Below are positions 51,281 to 64,000 of a stretch of 64,000 nt of DNA, piece by piece; the stretch's first letter is position 1; each line of letters begins with the position of its first letter. Below the pieces are notes generated by a model that was not told the origin of the DNA, ran no database searches, and worked only from the letters and a program-made list of their open reading frames with translations. The position numbers and the translations under genes are program-made. The DNA is from Eledone cirrhosa (lineage: Eukaryota): assembly GCA_964016885.1 (NCBI GenBank), contig OZ024743.1, forward strand, positions 153,016,001 to 153,080,000. Reading direction: 5' to 3'.

Positions 51281-54200
51281 AACAGGATGAAATAAACATG
51301 GAGAAGATGGTAGTGCAGAGGATGAGAGATATGTCAACAGTTAGGCTCCCTCCCTGCCTATATACCCTTTCCTCTTGATCTTCACAACTCCTCCTCCCCA
51401 TTATGCTGTCTCTTCTCACATCCTTAATTCCTCTCTTCAAGCACTTGCTCTAATTGTTTCTCCTTCAGCTGTGGCAAGCAACATGGCCATTGCTACTCAT
51501 GACTGAGATTAAATATATAACATATAGTTTGAAAGTCTAATATTTCTACTAACCCCCCCCCAAGATATTTATTCAGCTTCTACAGGTTTACCATCTCATG
51601 TAAATTGTTAATTCATTTCAGATTCGACACAGAATCATTTTCCTTTCATTAATATTTCTGATAACCTATGTCTATGCTGAAATATCTTTAACATAGTCCA
51701 GAGTAGTATAGCATTGATACTGAGATTGTGCTTTATGGATCTACAAAGTGGTATCTTTCCATGTCTTCATACTCTAAGACAGAATAATTTCAAGTCTGTT
51801 CCAAGTTAATCCAAAGTCTTTCTTAATCTAGTATAACTGCAGCTAATTCTCATCTCTAAATTATTTAATGGATTTTTCTCCAACACCTTTTAGCATCTAA
51901 TCACATTATATATTCAAATAAAAGCATAATCATTACTTCTGCATAGTATCAACTAACAGTTTGATGCTTAGCAATCTTTTTATCTGTCATCAACCTATTT
52001 TGTTGATCCTATGGCTCATAATTAACACATCATATTCCATCCCATCAGGTCCATTGCATTAACTTTTCTATTATTGGGATGAGGCTGACGCGATTGGGTG
52101 TGGTATATTTTCTAATATTTTATATTCCTAGTTCAAATCCTACCAAACTTTGCCTTTCATCCTTCTAAGGTTAATAAAATAAAGTACCAGTCAAGTACTA
52201 GGGTTATTTTAAACCTTACCCAAAATTTCTGGCTTTGTACCTATGAGAGAAGCAAATATTATATAATATCATAGATGGAGATGGATGCCAACATCGTTAC
52301 AAACTGGACTAAATGTTTGTAGTATTTGTTTCGGATACTTTATGCTATGAGATCAACTACAATGAAGTTGACTTGGATTTTCATTTATCTTTGGTTGTTA
52401 AATAAGAGTCAGTCAATTATTAGAATTAATAAAATCAACTGTTAGCTTGCATGGTCTCCACTATTCTGGTCTTGTACTTATCGCTGCAGGCATGATTGTG
52501 TAGTTAAGTAGTTCACTTTATAACTACAAAGTTTCAAATTTAATCTTATTATACAGTATATTGGCCATACGTTTCTACTATAGCCCTGGGTTGACAAAAG
52601 TTTTCTGAGTGAAATTTGCTACATGGAAACTGTGTAGGAATCCATCAGAAGAACTATTCCCTTTTTTAGGTGGCATACATAATTCATCCCAACCTGGCCA
52701 AATAGATGTCTTTCATTGAGTTCATTCTATTGCAAGAATTCAGATTATGTCTCCAGTCTCAGTATATTTTCCCCTTTCCTCCAATTCCACATTGAGACCC
52801 TACTAAAAGGTAGTGTGATGCCCTTTTTTCTTTAACTAAACCATAAAAATATAGCATAAATATTAGTATATATGCTTCATATATATTGCCTTTATATGGA
52901 GAGAAAGCTATATAATCACTGCATGAAGCCCTGCCAATTATTATAGTAAAAGCTAGCTTTGTTAAAGCAGTTGCTTCTATTTGAAATTTTTCTTTTACTG
53001 TATGTTTGATTATATATTTATTTCGTATTTTATCAAGTGCTTGCCTATTTTTAAAAATTCTCTTACTTGTATGAAAGACACAACCAATGAACATGGTTTT
53101 TATTTAGCCATAATTATTTTCTCTACTAAAGAAACTAGCAGTTTCAGATTGTTATAGTAATCTGAAATTGTAAATTAAATTATTAGTTTTACGTTATTCT
53201 AGAATCTCATAAAAATCTTTATTAATTTTGATCTTCATTTTGCTTTTTATTTAGTATGGTGAGTTCTCTCCATCCATTTAAGAAGCATATTTATTTAAGA
53301 TGTTTTGGTACTCTTGAAATATATTTCCATACAGCACTCTGTATGATATTTTTATAGCATTTTATAATGTAGAAAATTGATATAACTTGATATTAAATAA
53401 TTTATAGATGCTGTTTGTCTTTATCTCTTGAGCAAGTAAGTACAACACAAATAAAATCACTATTTTCCATACTGTTTCTATAAGTTCAAACACAGCATTT
53501 ATGTAGTGCAGTGTATATAATTTATTATTTAATCTGATCAAACTGTAAATAGGCACCCTGCTATTTCATAGCTGAGAGGTAGATTCAGTGCTAATAAGGT
53601 GAGATGCTGTGAAATATTATTAGCTGGTTCTTGCAGTGAACTGTTACGTGCACATGATATGGATGGATGATGAAGCCTACATAAAGAAGTATGAAATTGT
53701 ATACAAGATACCTAGAAATAATTTCATATCAAGCATAGTATTATCATTAAGTTGCTTGTACTATTTAGATACCACAGTTTCTCTTTTTCACACTGTTTGA
53801 TTCATAAACTAATTTTATAACTACAAACCAATAAGGAAGTCTTTACATAGTCCTACGACCTCCTAGAAATAACAGGTAAATCGCTTACCAATCATACTCC
53901 ATTTCCTTAAGAGAGGAACAACATTTGAATAAAGTAGTCCTAGATACGTTGTGTTTAAAATATTGATAGTATGGGGATTGCTGGGATACATTTGATCAGG
54001 GCTGATCTGGCAGTAAAGATCAATACATTTTTAAAGACTTCTCACAGATATAAGGTGTTGAATGCAAAATAAACGACCAGGTGTTAAATACAATATCATT
54101 CTAATTTGACATTATATTCTGTGAATCTTTCTCATTGAACTTTCTGAAGCCAATTAAATTGGTACTAGTAATATATTAGTTGATGTTTCAGTTGATTATA

Positions 54201-55972
54201 TATAGCCCTTTAAAAAGGACATACAAATTATTATTCTTATGGAACGTAAAGTGCTGTAACCCTGTTAAAAGACATTTCTGCCATGGTCATCCCATCTACG
54301 TTTCAGGCACAGTGTATCTAAGATGACATTATCTAATGTGTCCTCCATTTTTATGGACAGATTGACAGACATTTAGTAGCTCTTTCGAACAGGTTGAAAG
54401 AACATACAGATGTAGAGGTTCTTCATGTAATCGTTTGTATTTTTGATTATCCCAATTGAGTAGACATGATCAAAGATGACCACCCAGTTTCTTCCCTATA
54501 TAATGGGAACTTTGGAATACATTATATAATGTGTGCTTTTTAAAGAGTGTAATTTGATGTAGATTCAACTGCTATATCTTAGCAAGTTGAGCAAACCCAT
54601 AGAGGCTCCCTCATTAACTCAGCTGTTTGAATTGCCATTTTAAGTAATTTCATTTCAGTTACAAATATTTTTGGAAAAGACATGAAATTTACAGCCTCCA
54701 CTTTCTTCCTCTTCCAAATATCTAAGACTTTATTTCTTTATAGCCCATCATTCATTCTTCTTCCATACATCTAAGGCTTTATTTCTTTGTATGAAACTAT
54801 TATTCCTCTTATTTCTATATTGAAAAAAAAAATCCAGATATGTTAACATTCAGACTCTTGGCTATTATGTCTGGATATAGAATACTTTTAACTTACCACC
54901 CTCACAACAGTTCTATAGATATGGCTAGAGATAAAGATACAAAAGAGCTTTATCCTTTTAAATGGAAAGATATAAAAACAATAATGTATAAATAAATATA
55001 TCTGTACTAAGGATTAAGATGAAAGGAACGATGAAAAAAATATATATATGATAAAAATCACTTTTGAAAAAAGATATTTCCGGCAGTTAAATAAACTAAC
55101 TAGTAGAGAAACTCATCGTAGAAATACAACAATGCAAATATGAGTTCATTTAAGTAACATATATATATTTAATGTAAGATATGTAAGATAGTTAAGATCC
55201 CGAGTTTGAAAATATTCATCTAATGGCATGTCCAACTGTGATGTGATATTACATTTGGCTAATTAAAAGCTCTAACTAACAAGATAAAATATATTCAATG
55301 CTTTATTTGTTTTCATGTATGGAAAATCAAATAAAATAAGTTTTGGAATAATCTATCTGCAGTAATGCTTCAATGAAGTAAAATGATCATAGTTTGTCAA
55401 AAATACATGTAGCATATAAATTCTTTAATCTTGTGAAAAATATGGCAACCTGTCTAATGTTGATGTTATCGTAGAATGCACTCAATACATTCTGTAAGTC
55501 AGTTGGTTTAAGAAGGGCATCCAACTATAGAAGCTATATCAAAGATGGAACATACAGGTGAAATATGTTCCCCAAACTCACCTGGGGAGAGGCAGTAACT
55601 CGGAATCAAACAAGAGTGACCTATCCAACTCTTGTCAGCATGAACAATATGTAAAATAATGATAATGATGATTATATTATTTTTCAGACCATCAACATTT
55701 TCTTTAGAGATGAAAGACTTTTCATTATTCACAAATATATTATGTTTTGATTAGTTTGATTTCTGACCATCATCAAGTGTCTTATTCCTTGATGTGTACA
55801 TAGTACTGACTTAGATTTGAACTTGGAACATTTATTTCTAAACTAAAGATTTTGGCTCTAAGTGCACAACCTGGAATAAAACACTTGATGCTTCTTAGAT
55901 GACAAATTGCTTGAAACATAAGGAAAATATATAAACATTAAAACAGGTTACAAGATTAATTATGATGATATA

Positions 55973-58900
55973 TCATCATCATCATCATCATCGTTTAACG
56001 TCCATATTCCACGCTTGCATGGGTTGGGACGGGTGTTTTCCCACTTCAGGCAAGAGTGGTTGTCTTGCTTGCATAGGACTGTCTGGCGGATTTTCTACGG
56101 CTGGATGCCCTTCTTAACACCAACCACATTTACAGTTTGGAACTGGGAGGTTTTTACCGTGTTACCTACACGGCCACATTACAGCGTGGACTGTGTGTTT
56201 TTTTGTCGTGACACCTACACAACCTCATTTGTTTCGGGCTGGATGTTGTGGTACCAACATAACTTTACATTGAAAGGGGTGGTGTGGATGGGGTGGGGGT
56301 AGTGGGACGGGACGGGGGGGGGTATTTTTTTAGAGGTGCCTACTGACTGTAGTAGGTTTCACTTTGTACTTAGGTAAGGCAGGTCTTCTCTATTACTGTG
56401 TCGCGCCAAAGCTCTCGGTCCAGTGACATTGTCTTCGAGAGGTGTAAGTGTGTGAGGTCGGAATTTATCAAGTCGTCCCAGGTTTTTCTGGGTCTGCCTA
56501 CTTCGTCTATTTTTATTGCCCTGCACTTTTTTTATACAGCTGTCGTCTTTCATGCGCATCACGTGACCATACCAACGTAGCCTTCTCTCGAGTAAACAAC
56601 ATCTGATCCCTCTTATTTCTAATTTTTCCCTTAGCTCGCTTATGCTTTACCGTTCATGCTGTACCGCTTATGCTTTACACATCCAGCGGAGCATGCAAGT
56701 TTCGTTCCTCTCCAGTCTGCGTATATCCTCTGCACACAATGCCCAGGTCTCACTGCCATGCAACATTACTGTTCGTATGCAGGCATCATACATCCTGCCT
56801 TTCATTTTTAGGGAGAACCCTTTAGCGGCTAATAGTGGTATAAGCTCTCTGAACTTTTTCCATCCAGTTCTGACTCTAGCTACTGTACTTTCAGAGCACC
56901 CTCCTCCACTGCTGATTTTGTCACCCAGGTAACGGAAGCTGTCCACTATTTCTATAGAACCATCTGTGCAATGGAATGAGCTAGTATTCTCTGGGCACTT
57001 GCTGCTACTTATTGCACCAGAGCACCGGACACATATAAAATCTATGTTCTTAGTTAGCTTACCTCTGATCCCACTACATCTTTTATGCACCTATACTCTG
57101 CATTTGGGACATACAATGGAGTTTCTACCTACTCCTTTCCTACACACTGAGCATGGCCATTTTCCGGATGGGGCTGGCGCCCTATTTTCCTTCCTACAAA
57201 CTAGAACTTTAGTCTTAGACAGGTTAATTTTATGGCCTTTTGATTCTAGGCCATGCTTCCATGTTTGTAATTTCGTCTCTAGTTCGGCCATTGATTCAGC
57301 TATGAGCGTTAGATCATCTGCGTATAGGAGTTCCCATGGGCAGCCGCTCTTGAACTCTACTGTTATAGCCTGAAGGGCAATAATAAATAGTAGGGGGCTA
57401 AGAACGGAGCCCTGATGAACACCAACTTTTATGCTAAACTCTTCACTATATTTGTTGTTAATTCTAACCTTGCTGACTGTTTCTTTATACATGGCTTGTA
57501 TAGCTCTCACAAGCCATTCATCAGCACCTAGTTTTCTAAGAGCCCACCAGATAATGGAACGGGGGACTCTGTCGAAGGCTTTCTCCAAGTCGACAAAAGC
57601 TAAGTATAGGGGTTTGCTTTTAGCTAGGTACTTCTCCTGTAGTTGTCGTACAATGAAAAGAGCGTCTGTGGTACTTTTGCCTGACACAAACCCAAACTGC
57701 ATTTCATCTAGATTAATTCTCTCTCTGATTAGTTGCGCTATTACTTTTTCTGTGACCTTCATGACCTGGTCGATTAATTTAATGCCTCTATAGTTACTCC
57801 TATCTAGGGCATCTCCTTTACCCTTGTAGCAGTTAATGATGCTGCTGCTACGCCGGTCCTCCGGAACAACCCCATTCTGTATGACTTGGTTTACTATCCG
57901 GGTGACCATGGTGTGTCCCACCGTTCCAGAAGCTTTCAGCATTTCAGCAACTATTTCCGAAGGCCCAGCCGCCTTACCCGTCTTCATATCTTTGATTGCC
58001 TTACTTATTATACTACCTTCGACTAACACTGCTGGTCCCTCTATTGGGTCGATGTGGGGAAGACTGTCTTTCTCCCATTTATTCTCCTCATTTATTAGCC
58101 TTTCGTAGTGACACTTCCAAGCTACCTTCTTATCAGCGTCAGTGATGGCAAGTATGCCATCATCATTAAGTACACACTTCTCCCCGACAATATCACGGTT
58201 TTCCTTGACACATTGCCTAGCAATCCTGAACACCTTGCGTTTTTGGTCCTCGCGTTGTAGAACATGCTTGAACCTTCTTTCCTCTGCTTCCCTTTTTGCG
58301 AAGTACACTTGTCTCCTAGCTTCCCTCCTGGCCACTTGATAGTCTTCTCTACTTCCCCCATCCCGCCATACTTTCCAAGCCTGCTTTTTGGCCTTAATTG
58401 ACTCCTCCACCTTACTGTTCCACCACTATGTTACTCTCTTCCTGCCTATAGGCCTGCTCCAGCCACAGACTTCGCCTGCCGCCATCAGCAGGTTTGTTTT
58501 CAGGAATTCCCACTGTTCCTCTATATTGTACAACTCTAAATGTTCTTCCTTACTGTCGAAAGCATCAAGTAATATGCTTTTAAATTTATTTCTGGTTGTG
58601 GGGTCCTTTAGCTTCCATATTTTTCTCCTGAGAATAGTCCTCTTCTGCTGTCTACTACGTCTCGTCCTGACTATGAGGTTGCTAAATATCAGTTTATGTT
58701 GGGAGGTGCATTCTTCATGGGGGAGGGATTTAGTGTTTACAACAGACACTCTGTCACGTCTTCTCGTAAGGATATAATCTACCTGGCTGGTATGTTCCCC
58801 TGATCTGTAGGTGATCAAGTGATTGTCTCGTTTTTTGAAGTTAGTGTTACAGATAGTTAGGTTATTTGCATCACAGAATTCCAGGATTCTGGAGCCTTCC

Positions 58901-59135
58901 TCATTTCTAGTACCAAACCCATAGCCTCCGTGGATTCCATCATAGCCGTCACAATCTTGTCCAACGTGACCATTTAGGTCGCCAGCAATAATTATATAGT
59001 CACTGTCGGTTATTTGGGAGGTAGTGAGCATCAGTGTCTCATAGAATCTGTCTTTTATAGCGCCAGGCAGTCCGGATTGGGGCGCGTATGCAGATATTAC
59101 TGTCACAGTAGTTCTATTTAGAACAAGTCTTATTT
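55973..59135 (-). mobile_element. RTE-clade LINE, 5'-truncated within the endonuclease, few disabling mutations
   Basis: SAYAPQ, AGDLNGH, QVDYIL, SQHKL, NYRGIKL, FVDLEKAFDRV, HQGSVLSP, LLYADD, FRYLG, LHGSETW; ~400-bp 3' UTR and (ATC)n at 55973. Confidence 0.95.
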
Positions 59136-59169
59136 TATATATATATTTTTATATATATATATATTTATA

Positions 59170-59890
59170 TATTAAAACAATGTTACCTCTGATCGAGACG
59201 AAGCGGAAGTGTATTTGAATACGTATAGTAATGTAGTAATGAGAAAACGCATCGTTAGAACAGCTGTTAAATGCTGTCAAAGACAGTGATGACCAAAAAT
59301 GCCTCAGAGGACAGAGTCCAGTGGCCAGTGGTCAACAGAGAGACAAACCATAAAGTGGGTGACAGACAGAAGAAATATAGAAAAGACTGAAAGAGGAGGA
59401 GGATAAGGAGAAGTGTGCTGGTGCACAGAAGTTACTGGTAGAAGGAAATAAAGAAAGGCAGTGGACAACACAAGTTTATCCACACATATCTACACCCTCA
59501 TCAGCTCTCAAACCAGCAAAATAGTTTCACAGGATTTAATTGAGAGTACCACTTTAAAATGCTGGATCATGCAACAGAAAAATATATCTTTATGCTGGTA
59601 TGATGTATGTGTGAAAAACAAACACCACAAATAGAAGGACGAAAGAAAACAAAGAAATAAAAATAATGGTATAGTGGATCTCAAGCTGTGGTGTCTGTTA
59701 TAAATAAAAAGCTAGTCATAGCTATATTAAAGTTAAAACAATATTGTCTCTGATCAACACAAAGCGAGAGTGTATACATATAATAATGAGAAAACTCATC
59801 GCTAGAACAGCTGTTAAAACAGCTAAATGCTGTCAGTGATAGGCAAAAATGCCTCAAAGGACAGAGACCAGTGGCCAGTGGTCAACAGAA
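59170..59890. repeat. Pair of diverged ~170-bp direct repeats
   Basis: TTAAAACAAT..CTCTGATC..AATGAGAAAAC..AGAACAGCTGTTAAA..CCAGTGGCCAGTGGTCAACAGA at about 59172-59340 and 59734-59889. Confidence 0.85.
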
Positions 59891-59972
59891 ACAAATGACA
59901 AAATCATATGATAATTTGAAATTATCACTGGTAACAGATCATTCGAAATAATTTGTTCTTGGAGTGAAAAGT

Positions 59973-60067
59973 TCCCTGAGGAGCTGTGACGTCTCACTGT
60001 GGCGAATATCATAACTTATTGGAATATTCAAAACTGACTGTAATTAGACAGCGAAACTACAGTCGGG
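59973..60067 (+). ncRNA. Possible type I hammerhead with a long helix II insertion
   Basis: TCC-CTGAGGA-GCTGT-(60 nt)-ACAGC-GAAA-CTACA-GTC-GGG. Confidence 0.5.
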
Positions 60068-63000
60068 TCATCAAAGTAAATTGGTAAATATTATTTTATC
60101 TTGTTTATATGATTTTTTCATGCTGGGATGGGTTGTACAAATTGATATGTTCTAATATTTGACAGGTCAAATGACTATGTCATGCACATAAGTTTCATTT
60201 GGCAATGGTTTCTACAAGTTGATGTCCTTCTTAATGCCAATCCTTTTACAGCAAGCAAGTACTGAGTTCCTTTTAGTATGACACCAGCACTACCATTTTA
60301 CAGAATGTAATGGGTCCATTTTAGTGTGACACCTGCCCTATCACTTTACAGTTTATTTGAATTTGTAAAATTTGTAACGTATTCATATTTTCATCTCTAT
60401 CAATACTTCTATCAACTGAAAAGTTACCACAAACTCATTTGTTTCTCTATTCCCAAATATTGTGATAGGGTTTCCTTGAAATATGCATGTGAATGTAAAA
60501 TTACTTAAGTCTACTAATATTTCTTAAAGCAAAGTTAAGGCAATATTATGTCTTTACTGCCATGTTATACTACATGTGATAAAGTAAGACAACGAGGGAG
60601 CTTTTATGTAATAGATAATAGAGGTGTATGGGAAAGCTAATTTTATGTAATTATTTTACCTACTAGAAATAGTAACCAAATCTCCCTCAAATTACATATT
60701 ACATAAAGCATCTTAAAAATGAAGAGATACATTGGATGATGTTGACCTAGATACACAATACCAAAACGAATGGTGGGGTGATACCGTCTTGGATGGAACA
60801 TCTTTGACCATAGGTGTGCTCAATCAGGGTTGAACTGGTTCTAAATATCAACAACATGTCTCAAAATACATTATGATGGAATGTGTATATTAACTCCTGA
60901 AAAAAATAAAAGCTACAAAGTTAATTTCATAATGAAAAGATTCAACTGCATAACAATTTGAACATTTGTCTTCTATTATAGCACCTAAGCTTTATGTATG
61001 AAACTGTTTAGATGAAAAATGTGAGGAAGTTTATCGGGTTGACTGTACTTGTAATTAAATAAGTTAGCCTTGTCACATACTGTGTCATATTGACTCTGAA
61101 CAATATATTAAATATGTGAAATACTTAGCCACTTACATAATACTTAAATGAATAGTAGCTCCCTTTGGTTGAACAGTTATAACACTCATCATTGGCTCAA
61201 TAGATCATCTATGGTTGATTGGGGTTGACTGTGTGTTAAACAACAATACAAGAATTTAAAAATCATCATCATTGTTACCCGAGATTCAATGATAACACCC
61301 ATGAGCTTGGCTCATCTCGCTTGGGGATCAAACTGGATCAATTGGAGATGGTTGCTTCTGACTGGACCTGCTGGAAGGCATACGTGAGGACTCTGCTCCC
61401 AAGACCCCCCTCCCAGGAATAAATGGGCAAAGAAGAAGGGAAGATCATTATTGTTGTCATCGTCATATCATCATCATTTATCCCTCTCCTCCTCCTCCTC
61501 CTCATCATCATCATCATCATCATCGTCATCATCGTCATCATCACGATCATCATCATCATCATTATCATCGCCATCATCATTTTGATTCATTTGAACTCCA
61601 ACTACTGAACGATTGACAAATAAACAAACAAGTATCTCAAAAGTAGCATTATCATAATTTTGCTAATCCTTTTATTAAATAAGAAAATTTACAGGCAGTA
61701 ATGATCTGGAAATTATTGCTAGATAGTAAAGCAACCTTATTGCTTAATTACTCTTCAGTCCTTAGCGGTTATAAGTGACATTTATAATCACTCAAGAAGT
61801 TTCATTATAATCAATGATTAATAGATTTTGGTAATTTCCTACAACATTGCTTATCTATGTAAGAAATGAAAGTGACATTAAAACTTTCATTTATTTTAAA
61901 TATTAGTTCGTTGATTGGGTATTTAGTAAACCTCTGTTGATGTCTATCTTTAATGTATCTCTATATTTGCTATCAATGACCATAAAACAAGTACCATCAC
62001 TTCAGTTCATCCTGATTTAACAATCACATATAGTCTCATAAAAGAATCACAACTTGAGTTGAACTTCCTCATAAACATGAAATAGCATTATTGATTGAGG
62101 AATATTCTATTCATTTATATACACTTCACTAGTTAAAAGCCTACTTATAGTCGTATCTTTGTTCTGCAGGTCTTCCCTGAATTAAAGAAACACTTATTTT
62201 CATTGGTGTTGAATCTGACTAGACAAAAAATAGAAGGTCCCCTTGCTGTGGAAGAGAGCTTTAAAATGTGGTAGAACCTAAGCTTGGGAAGTTGGTTCCT
62301 GAACCTTCCTGTGTTGGTCAAACAAGGCCTGAGAAAGGGAGAGAGAGAGAGAATCAAGAGTGAAAAAATCGAATTGTTAAAATGTATATACAGTGAATTA
62401 TTAGAGTGAGAGGGTGGACACCAAGGCAATGGAGAAGAACCAGAGGGTAGTCAAAGGCCAGATGGCACGATGATCTGACCCAATATATCAACCCCACATG
62501 GCCCAATATGGCCAGAGACAGCAAGCAGTGGCAGTCAACCAGGGAAGAGTTTCTCTAATAGGAATGAGAAGATCCTGAATTTTGCATTTTGGATTTTGGA
62601 TACACATATATTGCTTGGAGAGAGATAAACCAGGTGTCAATATGCTTGGAAGAAGATGTAAATATAGTAGCATAGCTGAGGTGAAGTGAAAAGATCGCTT
62701 TTTTTGGTGGTAGTAATTTTGATGTGTACTGTGTTGTGTTGTGGGGTCAAATGAAAGAACTATTTTGGAAGGTACACACACTCTATGTCGATCTGTAGAG
62801 ATTATCCAAATTGTTTATATCTTTTTTGTAGCTCCCATGTATTGGTATTGCATAACAGACAACTACAATTTAGCTTCGGCCTGCATCTCCAGTTTAAATG
62901 TTTGATGAGAACAGCAGTTAGTTGATGAAGGTGCCTGGAATAACTCAGAGCTAATAACCAAAGAAAAATCCTTCTGTTACTGCTACGTAAATGTGAAGGT

Positions 63001-63254
63001 AAGAAAAGAGGGAAAGCATTTTATGTACAAAGTATGACTAAATGTAAAGTGATAACTGAGAAAGCTGGCTTTCTCAGAATATTTATTACAAATCAATGTA
63101 ACTTCAAGAGTGGTGTGTTACCTACACAATTTGATGAAATCCTTTTATCAGAAAACATGAATGTGACTGCAACAAGAGAAAAGGTAGATTTAGTTTGTTC
63201 ATGGCACAAATACACCCTTTTCTATATAGTCAGATATTTAAAAAAATAGATTGG

Positions 63255-63450
63255 TGTTGTTGTTTAGCCCTGGGTCAGACCTGATTGATCAAACCTATGA
63301 TAAAAGGTATTTGAGTCATGATGATCCTATTTTCCCCAATAACCAGTGTATACTGTATCACATTAACCAATGTGCCCCTAATTTTAAAGATTTTAGTGTG
63401 TTATTTACGTGAAATTTGGCTTCTATTTCTAGCAGATATAATGACTCCTT
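63255..63450 (+). repeat. Old dispersed ~200-bp repeat; related copies near 6400-6560, 24215-24420, 53860-54030 (-), 54450-54620, 60660-60860 (-)
   Basis: Shared degenerate TTGTTTAGCCC..GGTCA..CCTGAT..AGCA.ACCTATGA..AAAG start and GCT.TTTCTAGCAG end. Confidence 0.55.
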
Positions 63451-64000
63451 TGATAAAGACTCTTTTGATCTGTTTAAAAATTCGTGAGATTATCAATGGT
63501 CTTGAAGCTAACAATTATGACAGTAAACTTGTATATGAGTATACAAAGGCAAACATGTTCAGATACATGCTTTTGTATCTTTTCCCTCATATATGTAGAT
63601 GACATTCTCAATGTAATCTCTCCTTAAAAAGGGGTATGCAATGACTTTCAAGCTGTTGAATCCTCTGATATTCAGAACAACTTTAATATTAGGCCCACAA
63701 TGGAATAAAGAGTTCTTTCAGTGTTCAAATTCCAGTTTAAAATATCAGATGAGGAGGAAATCTTTCAGTCAATTTCAATAGACAGGATGTCTGTTCATAT
63801 TGATTTAGTTGTCCAACTCAATTAAATCATATCCAGTTACATATTTATTTATTGTATATCACTTTTGTTTTGTAAACATTAGCGTTATTGGATCATTGGT
63901 TACAGGTTTCCAATGTGTCAAACTGCATCTCTGATAATGAGAGTTACAAAAGAATGTTTATAACGTAGTGTAAAATAAATATTGTAAGAGATTTTACTCA

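Overview
Eukaryotic, AT-rich, microsatellite-dense DNA made almost entirely of nested transposable elements; the repeat inventory suggests an invertebrate, probably a cephalopod such as Octopus (inference). No host protein-coding gene is confidently visible, so the window may be intronic or intergenic. It holds three Tx1/L1-clade LINEs (one full length with an 18-bp target duplication), several RTE-clade LINEs whose reverse transcriptase carries an inserted PHD finger, an old BovB-like RTE, one Penelope-like element with a 1-kb inverted arm, two tRNA-derived SINE families, Helitron-like and Tc1/mariner MITE-like elements, and many microsatellites. The most notable signal is a set of sequence-unrelated 275-490 bp fold-back elements next to (TA)n tracts. 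Each carries a type I hammerhead ribozyme motif pointing outward and shares the head-to-head geometry of the Penelope copy; one has the compensated U3-A8 core. All motifs were read by eye and coordinates may be off by a few bases.
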